From Octopus vulgaris (lineage: Eukaryota), in assembly GCA_951406725.2 (NCBI GenBank), contig OX597815.1, forward strand, positions 21,328,001 to 21,392,000: a stretch of DNA of 64,000 nucleotides, in the 5' to 3' direction. The first letter of the stretch is position 1; each line of letters starts with the position of its first letter. The notes under the pieces were generated by a model, which was not told the origin of the DNA, searched no databases, and saw only the letters and a list, made by a program, of their open reading frames with translations. The position numbers and the translations under genes were made by a program. Of this stretch, positions 49,201-61,315 are shown one piece after another.

Positions 49201-52200
49201 ATTTGAACTCAGAACGTAACGGCAGACAAAATACCGCAAAGCATTTCGCCCAGTGTGCTAATGTTTCTGCCAGCTCGCCGCCTGGCATATTTCATTAACA
49301 TACAAAATTACTAAATTGCTTTATCACAATAATTGTCATCAGTAAATTTGTAATACTCATATTTATGTTCCTGTCATTTAGGTCAGTGAAAGATCTTGCT
49401 CGTCTCAGTTTAAACAAGGACAATCTCTTTTACGTCTCTGTCGATGAATTTGCCGAAGAAAGCACACCTTCGCAGCTGGTTCAGGTAAATGCTTATTACT
49501 CTTACTCTTTTACTTGTTTCAGTCATTTGACTGCGGCCATGCTGGGGCACCGCCTTTAGTCGAGCAAATCAACCCCAGGACTTATTCTTCGTAAGCTCAG
49601 TACTTATTCTATCGGCCTCTTTTGCCCAACCGCTAAGTGACGGGGATGTAAACGCACCAGCATCGGTTGTCAAGCAATGCTAGGGGGACAAACACAGACA
49701 CACAAACATATACACACACATTCATATATATATATATATATATATATATACGACAGGCTTCTTTCAGTTTCTGTCTACCAAATCCACTCACAAGGCATTG
49801 GTCGGCCCAGGGCTATAGCAGAAGATACTTTCCCAAGATGCCACGCAGTGGGACTGAACCCGGAACCATGTGGTTGGTAAGCAAGCTACTTACCACACAG
49901 CCACATGAAATTTTTACTTATTGCTCACGTCCCTCTTTTCGTTACCCTCTCATCTATCATTCCTCTGCTCTCCTATCACCGTGCCTCCTTGCTATCCCTC
50001 AAGAGCTCTTCTGTCATGCAGTATATGTAATGTGGGATGGCATTGTATCTGTCTGCATTCAATCTCCACTATTACCACTCTCTCTTTCTCTCTCTTTAGT
50101 ATTGTAAGTCGATTACATTGACCCCAGTGCGTAACTGGTACTTAATTTATCGACCTCGAACGGATGAAAGGTAAAGTCGACCTCAGCGGAATTTGAACTC
50201 AGAATGTAACGGCAGACGAAATACGGCTACGCATTTCGTCCGGCGTGCTAACGTTTCTCTCTCTTTAGTATTGTATATCACTCTTTCTTACACTTCTCTC
50301 TCCTCTGCCATTCATTATTGATATTCATCACTCTCCCATCCATTACTCCTTCCATCCTCCTTTGTCCATCTTAAAACTCCTTCCTCCTGCACACTACACA
50401 TGCTGTTCCCTTTTCAATCTCCTTCGCCCTCTCACTCTGGATCTCTTTCATTCACCACTCTCTCTTCAATTCCCCATCTTGGTCATGTTATCGCCAATCT
50501 CTTTTTTTTCTGTTTTTCAAATTTTTTCTTCCATTTTTAAGATGATGGAGTGTGATATGAAAGAGATTTAGCTGCTATTTTTAACGAGTTGAGTAACCAT
50601 ACCGAGATTCCTTCATTGGCTTGTTATGAAAAAAATATATAATACTGCATTTCTGTATGTTTTCACCCTCATGTGGTGCTGTTGTAATTTTGTGAGTTAT
50701 ATGTATGATATTTACAAATTTTTCAAAACAATTTTTCAGAGTTATATAACCTGTGAACTAGAAGAGAAAATGACAGTACTGTGGTCTTTCCTGAAGAAAC
50801 ATTTGAAACAAAAGATTCTTGTATTTCTGAGCACATGCAGCCAGGTAGGCTAATTTTTCTTTCACTTTAACATTTCATTGATGACAGATATGCTATGGTG
50901 AAATGTTAAATTCTCTGTGAATCAAGTTCAGTTCTAGTTCAAGTAACATTTTCCAAGACTATTACTTTGTCATATGGTTAATTGCTGTGGGAGAGATTGA
51001 ATAACGAAACCTCTCATTTCACCTCTCTTGTAATTGTAACAATAAATACTCTATTCACCTCTCTTGTAATTCTAACAATAAATACTCTAATCATGACACA
51101 AACTGGAATGTCCTGCAGTGAGCATCAAAATTCTAGATCATCATCATCATCATTTAACGTCCGTTTTCCATGCTAGCATGGGTTGGACGATTTTGACTGA
51201 GGGCTGGCAACCAGATGGCTGCACCAGTCTCCAGTCTTGATCTGGCAGAGTTTCTACAGCTGGATGCCCTTCCTAACGCCAACCACTCCGAGAGTGTAGT
51301 GGGTGCTTTTTAGGTGCCACCTGCATGGAGGCCAGTCAGGCGGTACTGGCAATGACCTCGCTCGAATCTTTTTACATGTGCCACTGGCACAGGTGCCAGT
51401 GAAGCGACGTTGGTAACGATCATGCTCAAATGGTGCCCTTTTACGTGCCACAGGTACGGAAGCCAGTTGGCTGCTTTGGCAACGATCACGCTCGGATGGT
51501 GTTCTTGGCACTCTACCAGCACAGGCATAAGTGCCAGTAAGGTGACTACTGACCGACACAGCTCAGTGCATGGCTCGGTGGTTAGAGCATCAGGCTCATC
51601 AAGATCATGAGGTAGTGGATTCAATTCCTGGACCAGGCTGCAAGACACTTTATTTCACATTGCTTCAGTTCACTCAGATGTAGAAATGAGTTGCGATGTT
51701 ACTGGTGCCAAGCTGTATTGGCCCTTGCTTTTCCTATGGATAACATTGGTGGTGTGGAGAGAGGAGGCTGGTATGCATGGGCAACTGCTGGTCTTCCATA
51801 AAAACAACCTTGCCCTGATTTGTGTCTTGGCGGGTAACTTTCTAGGTTCAATTCCATGGTCATTCATGACCAAAGATGGTCTTTACCCTTTTACCGAAGA
51901 CAACTCTGGACATGTTTTAGTCTTATTAGACCTCCTCAACAAAACATAGGCTTCATATTTGTTTAAAGTAGTGGCAGAGAATTACTATTGTATATGAAGA
52001 AGTGAAAAATTAGCATATAAAAATTAAAATCACTGAGCTTAATTACTCACTGCATTAAATATGTTGATGCTAACTTAACTGTTGTTTTTTCATGCAGATG
52101 ATACTGTTGAGTAATTAACTTCAGTGGTTTATATTTTTAGAGTATGTTAGGTATGTATCTGAACTGTGATGCTGTATGGCAGTAAAACATGTGTAATTAA

Positions 52201-52432
52201 CACTGGAAAGCTGTAGCTATTATTGATTATCAAGGTTAGTATGGTGTATTCTTTTACTTGTTTCAGTCATTTGACTGCGGCCATGTTGAAGCACCGCCTT
52301 CTGTCGAGAAAATCGACCTCAGGACTTATTCTAGCGGTCTCTTTTGCCGAACCGCTAAGTTACGGGGACATAAACACACCAGCATCGGTCATCAAGCGAT
52401 GTTGGGGGGGACAAACACACAAACATATACAT

Positions 52433-52463
<31 letters not shown>

Positions 52464-55400
52464 ACCCATGCTAGCATGGAAAGCTGACGTTAAACGATGA
52501 TGATGATGATATGCATATATACGACGGGCTTCTTTCAGTTTCTGTCTACCAAATCCACTCACAAGGCTTTGGTCGGCCTGAGGCTATAGTAGAAGATACT
52601 TGCCCAAGGTGCCACACAGTGGGACTGAACCCGGAACCATGTGGTTGGGAAGCAAGCTACTTACCACACAGCCACTCCTGTGCCTATTGAATATATATTC
52701 TAACTTACATATAAAGGTTGAGTCTAAATAAGTTGTAGAAAAGGTCACTTGGATTCAATAGCGGTGACTAGTATGAATGTGTAATTGGAATGTACCTTGT
52801 GTATGTATCTGTTGCTCAATATTAACATTACTACACTTAGGTGCTGGCATGGATTAAGAATTTTGCTTCCCAATCACATGGTTTCAGGTTAAATCCCAGT
52901 GCATGGCACCTTGGACAAAGTATCTTCTTCTATTGCCCTGGTCCAACCAAAACCTTGTGAGAGGATTATGTAAGATGGAACCTGAAAGAAAACTGTCATG
53001 TATATATATTGTATGTACACCTGTGTTGGTGGCATGTAAAAAGCACCCACTAGACTCACGGAGTGGTTGGCGTTAGGAAGTGCATCAAGCTGTAGAAACT
53101 CTGCCAGATCAGACTTGAGCCTGGTGCAGTCTCCTGGCTTCCCAGAACCCAGTCGAACTGTCCAACCCATGCTAGCATGGAAAACGGACGTTAAACGATG
53201 ATGATGATGAATCACATGGTTTCAGGTTCAATCCCACTGCATGGCACCTTGGACAAAGTATCTTCTACTATTGCCCTGGTCCAACCAAAACCTTGTGAGA
53301 GGATTAGGTAGATGGAACCTGAAAGAAGACTGCCATGTATATATATTGTATGTATATGGGTATAAGTGTCACTGTCATGCATTTCTAATATTCTATGCAA
53401 ACACATCTGGCAATGAGAAAACTTGCTTGGAAACAGGTGGGGTTTGGTGATGAGGGTATTTGGTTGTAGAAAGTCTGCCTCAATAAACTTCATCCAACTC
53501 ATGTCACCCTTAGAAAAGTGGACATTAAAACAATGACGGTGTTGATGATGACAGTGATGTGACATCTTGAGGTAATTTTAATAGAATTCACCTTGTTGCA
53601 AACATTTAAACTGGATCTGATGATTTTGTGATGGATTGTTTCCTACTGCCCCAACCATGAATCATGGTCCTTTCTCTCTTTGCCTCACCAATATCAGAGG
53701 CCCCCCAAAAAAGCGTCATGGAGATTCCCTTCCTCCTCTGACTAAGCCATAAAAATATTGGGATAAATCCTTATGGGAGATTAATGGAATGTTTATACTG
53801 AAGAGGTAGGTTTGAATTAAAATAATCTGATCAAACTTGAGAGTTATTGTTTGACCCCAAGTCATCCCTCATTGGGGCAGATTTATGACATCATGTATTT
53901 GTTTTCCTTCTTTACTCTTTTCGGCTTGAATGGCAGTTTTTAACATAATTTCTAGGTAACTAAACACTTTTAAACTTCATATACTGGTAGAATGTGTTTA
54001 TAAAACATCTTTTTCTCTTGGCTTTATTGGGAAAATTCTATAGTTTGTAACATATTTGTTGTTTTTTTCTTCAATTTCTGCAATTTCAACCAATCAAATA
54101 CATCTATTGAGGTAAAAAACATTCTGTGCCGTATGAATATGTCCCTTGTTTAAGAAACAGATTGGGTTTATTTACATTTGTGAAGAAAAAAAGATACCCT
54201 TCCACCCACTCCTAACCCTAACTCTAAAACAGATTGAAATGCAATAGATCGATACTAGGGTCATAATTATGGGTGACAATTTCATATGACACCGCTAGAA
54301 AAAACTACCGTTCAAACCGAAAATATCCTTCTTTCCAACTATCCTTACTCTCCTTCCTTGTTTTCTATTTGTCAAACTTCTCTCCTTCTCTGTTCCTCAT
54401 TTACTGACCATGTCCTGCTTTTATTATTCTTCACACTAATTTTTTTCTTTAATCTCCATTATGTCTCTTACTCTCTTTCCTTTTATTTTATTTCAGACTT
54501 ATGTTGTTTCCTTTTATCAGTCTACTTCTTCTCTCTCCTCACAGTTTCTCTTCTTGCTTCTGTCTCTTTCACTTTCACTTTCTCTTCTTATCTTCAACTC
54601 TCTTACTTTCTACTCTCTGCTCCTGTATATATTTCCACCCAGTAAATCCATGCAACTTCACATACACTCTATCCTCTATCCACCACCATTGACCTATTTT
54701 CGTTCTCATTTTTTGGCTGACAGGTTCGCTATATATTCAAGGCATTGTGTCACATGCGGCCAGGTATCTCACTTCATGCTCTTTACGGCAAGATGAAACA
54801 GCGTAAAAGAATGGAAGTCTTCCAACAGTTCTGTTTCAAGCAACATGCTGTTCTCTTTGCCACAGACATTGCAGCTCGTGGACTTGGTAAATATAAGAAG
54901 AGGAGGAAAAACGCTCCTTTTGCTATTTTGTATTGTTTTATATTCATATTTTCATTTGGTCATGAGTTGGATGATTTTTGTTGAAGCAGCAGTTTTTTTT
55001 TGCAGTTAGCTGACTTTCTAATCTGAACAACTCATCTATGAAAAAAGTAGGGAAATGTGTTATCTGTCAAGTCAACTGATGCAAACTGAGTTATGTACCT
55101 TGTGCAGCAAATGACATGGTTATATTAAGGTCTATGTCCATGTAATTCTCTTGTCCAGCATCTATGTTTTAATCTTACATGTGTTATATTGTTTCGTTTA
55201 TGTGAAATACATACATAAATACATATGCATACATCTTTCTTGTATTTATGTAGGTGTGTGAGAGAAAGTGCATGACTGTATTTCCTCATAACATATAGGG
55301 AAATGGATGTCTTTTAAGGTACATACTTATATAGAAAATGCGACGTTGTCATTGTGGTATGAAATGTTTACAATAGTTGACTTATAGAAAAGGTTATAAT

Positions 55401-58400
55401 GTTAAATTTTTGTAATGCAAATATCTAAATGAAAATAAAGGTGAGGCTGGCAGCGGCCACAATCAGTTGGTGCTTTTTACGTGCCACCAGCACAGGTATC
55501 ACAACTACAATTTCCGTTTGATGTTGATGTACTTGACTCAGTAGGTCTCCTCAAGCATAGCAGGTCACGTGCCACCAGCACAGAAGCTAGTCAAGGCGAC
55601 GCTGACATCGGCCACATTTGGATGGTGCTTTTTACATGCCCTGTACCTAAAGTAACAATTGTTAGTATGATATTGTATCATTGTAACCAAATCTACTCCT
55701 TTCTTATTCTAACTTTACTGTAGCAAAGTTTGGACTTATAGCTTCACAATCACTATTAACATTTTGTTAATCTGCAACACTAGCTTTTGAAAATTTAATT
55801 TCTTCTATTGTTCAGATATACCTGAAGTGAACTGGGTCGTCCAACTTGACTGTCCTGAAGATGCTAACACTTATATTCACAGAGTTGGGCGTACAGCAAG
55901 GTAAGATTCAATTTAAGTTTTCCTTTCTGATTTTAATTTCATTAGCAATTTATGTGGCAGAAGCGGTTTTATGTTTGGAAAAGTAGGACAACTACATTTG
56001 ATGTATTGAATTGTTCTTAAGCATTTCAAATTTAGGTCATTTTGGAAATAATATAATAAAATATGTGTGTGTGTGTGTGTGTGTGTCTATCACCATTTTT
56101 AGAATAGGTGCACTGGATCGCTGCATGTTAAGAAGCCATCAAAAGAGTTGGTGTCAGGAAGGGCATCTGTCTGAAACTCTGACTTAATAGTTCTGAAGTG
56201 TTGGAAAATCACAGTTACTATTACAATGTATGACATGGGCACATATGCACTGCTGAAGACATTGCATTGTGTAGTTGCTTCAGTTAATCTGCTATGTACC
56301 AATTAACTGCTAGTATTTCTAGAAAAGTTTATACATTAACTTCTTATCTGAAGAATGTTTCTTCTCTTGACTATTTAATACACTGGAAATTGCAACATCA
56401 ATCTCTTCAGAACCCAAGAATTTAACCCTTTCGTTACTGTATTTCTTTTGAAATGCTCTGGGTTTCTTTCAATTACTTTAAATATTACAAAGAATTTAGT
56501 AAAAATAACTTGGTTATCATTCAGCTAGTGTTAGAAACATAAATTGTGACTAAGGTTTGGTGGAAGTTTTTATTCAAAACTTATGAAAACAAGACATTTG
56601 TACTCAGAGCCAGAGCCAGTTTCAACCGGGTTGGTAACGAAAGGGTTAAGAAAGTAAAACTGAACTACTGGAAGAATGAATAATTTGTTTTCTCCTGTGT
56701 TTCCTGTTTCTGTTTTAGAATGTATTGTGAAGTCTTTGTAATTTGAACTTCAGTGCTTTCTACCTTGAGTGTTGTGATATTGTTCAAGGCCAGAATATTT
56801 TATATTGGATATGTTGCATTTGCAGATTAAAATCAAGCATTCATTACCTATTTTCTCCATGTAAGCTTGCTCTCACCTGCAGCTCTACAGTATTTAATGT
56901 GAAAGAATGTGTATTTATAGTGTCATCTAATTTTTAATGAAACAAAAGTCTGGTCGTTGCCAGCCTTGCCTGGCACCTGTGCCGATGACACGTAAAAAGC
57001 ACTCACAGAGTGGTTGGCGTTAGGAAGGGCATCCAGCTGTAGAAACACTGCCAGGTCAGACTGGAGCCTGGTGCAGCCTTCTGGTTTCCCAGACCCTGGT
57101 CGAACTGTCCAACCCATGCTAGCATGGAAAACGGACGTTAAACGATGATGATGATGATGATGATGATGAAAAGTATGCCACTATCCTTCAAATGTTAGAA
57201 AGCACTGAAATAATTGTTTCTGTGACTCATAAGTCTTGGTCATTGTTTGTAATAAGCACCATTTCATACCGTTCTGACTTCAATTGTTGTAGAGCAGCTT
57301 TCATTTATGTTTTCCAGATACAAGAAGAATGGTGAGTCCTTATTATTTTTGTTGCCCAGTGAAGAGAAAGGAATGATGGAGAATTTACAGAAAAAGAAAA
57401 TCCCAATAAAAAAGATACAGTGAGTTTGAATAAAATTTCATTGAACTTTGTCTCTCGTTATCATCGTAGTCACCATAGAAAATTTTTGTTAATCTTTAGT
57501 TATTAAAAGACCTTCATTTTGAATGTGACCCATGCCAGCATAAAAAAGACTGAGTTAAAATATCAAAATAAAGATACGTTCCTAGATTTATGTTCATTCA
57601 TATTCATTATGGTTTCTGTTTTTCTTATTACAGAGTGAATCCTAAAATGTTGTGGGATATTAAACCTCGTCTGCAATCACAGTGTGCAGAAAATACTGAA
57701 ATGAAGGATAATGCCAAAAAGGTATTCATGAATTTGTTGTTCATTCATGTATATATATATCTGTGATATCTACAGTTGGATTTCTTGCTCATTATATTTC
57801 TATTAAGTCTCTATTTGCCCCTCACCTACTTTTTCCATACCTTGTCATATCTCTCTCTCTCATATTCAATGTTTAATGCCAACCATGTAGTAATAGAAAT
57901 CTATTCTCTCTTATCGCAAATCTCTGTATTAACGGGTAATGGATCAAATCTGTTTGCAACTGATACACCTCACCATTATCCTTGTGTACTGCTACACATC
58001 ACTCCTCCCACAGGTAACTAATAATTGACATTTATCTTTTCATCACGCATCTTTACTACTGTCTGTCTCTCTCTCTTTCTCTATACCTGGTAGCAAACAC
58101 ACAGCTGCTACCACTCTCTCTTTCATTACTATTTCCAGCACCTTTTCATTTCGATCATTGTTTTTTTCATTCTCTTGATTTCATTGCTTTGACCCTAGTC
58201 TTCTGTGGCATAAGACAAACTCACTAGTTCTGATGCCACAATAAAATGCATGCAAAGCACTGTGTAAAGTAGTGCTACATTATCACTGTTGATGTAGCAT
58301 CAAGAAGGTCCTTAACTCCTGTTGAGGACATGGCAACCTCTCTAATGCTGGTGCTTGTAAAAATGCATCCAGTACAATCTGTAAAGTTGTTGGTATTTGA

Positions 58401-58627
58401 AAAGGCCCTCAGTCATAAAAACAAAAAAATAGAACATACAAGTGAGACATGGTCCTTTAACCCACATAGGACAGCAGAATCTCTGAATAAGAACTGACTC
58501 AGATTGTGACCACTCCCAGACCATATCTCAAATTTGAAAGCTGAGTAGAATGATGCTGATAAAAAACAATTAGGTTTTTTTGTGATTCCATTTTTGAATG
58601 TAACTTTGACTTGTTTTTTTGTTTTTG

Positions 58628-58661
<34 letters not shown>

Positions 58662-58867
58662 GTGACCGCATGTGTACTGTTAGTGATTTTTTTCCCTCCA
58701 TCTTCCCTTCTTTGGATCTTTCCTTTTCCTATATTTCTGACGAAGAGTTCTGCTCGAAACGTTAAATCCTCCTTCTTTCTTTCCTTTCCTGAGCGTCCAA
58801 TAACACTGTACTTGTTCCACGTCCTCGCATTGTTGTGTTTTCTCTTTGTGTTTTCATGTTTGGATTA

Positions 58868-58899
<32 letters not shown>

Positions 58900-61281
58900 G
58901 GAGTGGCTGTGTGGTAAGTAGCTTGCTTACCAACCACATGGTTCCGGGTTCAGTCCCACTGCGTGGCATCTTGGGCAAGTGTCTTCTGCTATAGTCCCGG
59001 GCCAACCAATGCCTTGTGAGTGGATTTGGTAGACGGAAACTGACAGAAGCTTGTCGTATATATGTGTATGTGTGTGTATATGTTTGTATGTCTGTGTTTG
59101 TCCCCCTAGCATTGCTTGACAACCGATGCTGGTGTGTTTACATCCCCGTCACTTAGCGGTTAGGCAAAAGAGACCGATAGAATAAGTACTGGGCTTACAA
59201 AGAATAAGTCCCAGGGTCGATTTGCTCGACTAAAGGTGGTGCTCCAGCATGGCCACAGTCAAATGACTGAAACAAGTAAAAGAGTAAAAGAGAGAGAGAG
59301 TATATATATATATATATATACATAAAAGTACCTACTACACTCTTGGAGTGGTTGGCGTTAGGAAGGGCATCCAGCTGTAGAAACACTGCCAGATCAAGAT
59401 TGAAGCCTGGTGCAGCCATCTGGTTTGCTAGCCCTCAATCAAATCGTCCAACTCATGCTAGCATGGAAAGCGGACGTTAAATGATGATGATGTTGATGAT
59501 AGAGAGAGAGAGAGAGATTCAGTAAATTTAATATTGGTTTTATTTTTATCTTTGAATTTCATGATGTATTTACACTGAATAAAAGCTTTAATGTTTTGCA
59601 CTGTATTTACTCTGCAGATAAATTTACCAATAATGTTTTGCTTTACAGTGTAGTACATCACAGTAAATACATCACATGTCATTTCATCACCTGACCATTT
59701 TATTACATCAAAATAAACAGTGATGTATTTACTGGTCTTAGTTGCTACAGATGCTTTCTTAGTCACCAGCCTTGTATTCAATTTTTTAAAGGTCCTTTCC
59801 TAATTTTTTTCTGATTGCAGGCCTTTATTTCATATATTCGTTCAGTATTTTTGATGTCAAACAAAAGTATTTTTGATGTGAAAAATCTGGATCTTGGAAA
59901 CTTTTCCTGGTATGTATAATCAACAAATAAAGTCATCTATAAAATATACGTAATTTAGTGTTTCTTAATTAGTTGTAATTATTAAGAAATTTATATAATG
60001 AACACTGGATTATTCATATTCTTTTCTACTCTGGGCATAAGGCCTGAAATTTTGGTGGGTGGGGCCAGTCGATTAGATTGTTCCCCAGTATGCAACTGGT
60101 ACTTAATTTATCGAACCTGGGAGGATGAAAGGCAAAGTCAACCCCAGCAGAATTTGAACTCAGCGTAAAGGCAGACGAAATACCTATTTCTTTACTACCC
60201 ACAAGGGGCTAAACACAGAGGGGACGAACAAGGACAGACAAATGGATTAAGTTGATTACATCGACCCCAGTGCATAACTGGTACTTAATTTATCGACCCC
60301 CGAAAGGATGAAAGGCAAAGTCGACCTCGGCGGAATTTGAACTCAGAACGTAACGGCAGATGAAATACCACTAAGTATTTTGCCCAGCATGCTAACGTTT
60401 CTGCCAGCTCGCCGCCTTCTAAAATATTCTTTTCTATTCTAGGCACAAGGCCTGAAATTTTTAAGGGAGGGACTGGATTATTAATATTTATAAATCAATG
60501 GCTCATCTTTCATCCTTGTAATCTCTCATACTGACACTGTTTAGATAAATATTTTACAGTCACTTGTCGTACTTTAGTCTCTCATCTATTCATTTATTTT
60601 GTAGCTCTCTGGGCTTAGAAGTAATTCCACGTGTACGATTTTTGGAAAAAGAAGAGAAACAACGCTTGAAAAAAGAAGCTGATAATTCTGTGAAGAAAGC
60701 TGCTTCCAAAGGTGAGGAGAGTGATGACATGCAGTCTACTGAATCAGATGAATCTGACTCTGAAAGTGAGGAAGAAAAGCACGAAAGACAGGTCAAACCT
60801 CAGCCGAAACATCACATATCAACCAGGAGTGGTTCAAGTAGTGATTCTGAGAACGAAGCATCTGGGTCTAGTGATGAAGGCGATTCTGACTGTGATAAGG
60901 AGAAATTTTCTGTACAGTTTGGTTGTGGTGGTGATGATGAGGATGATGACCTTCTGACCTTTAAACGAAGAATTCCTGCTGAGCCAGTTGAAGATGTAAC
61001 CAAGGAGGTAGAGGTATTTATTCATCCGTTCTTTTAATTTCGATGATAAAAGGCTTTTTGCCATGAGCTGTTATGAGGGCTATACTCTTTCACTTGTTTC
61101 AGTCATTTGACTGCGGCCATGCTGGAGCACCACCTTTAATCGAGCAACTCGACCCCGGGACTTTTTCTTTTGTAAGCCCAGTACTTATTCTATCGGTCTC
61201 TTTTGCCGAACTGCTAAGTGACGGGGGCATAAACACACCAGCATCGGTTGTCAAGCAATGCTAGGGGGACAAACACACACG

Positions 61282-61315
<34 letters not shown>

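Noticed and set aside
51017-51090. Small tandem duplication (also 1931-1968)
   Set aside because: Ordinary slippage duplication with no further structure.
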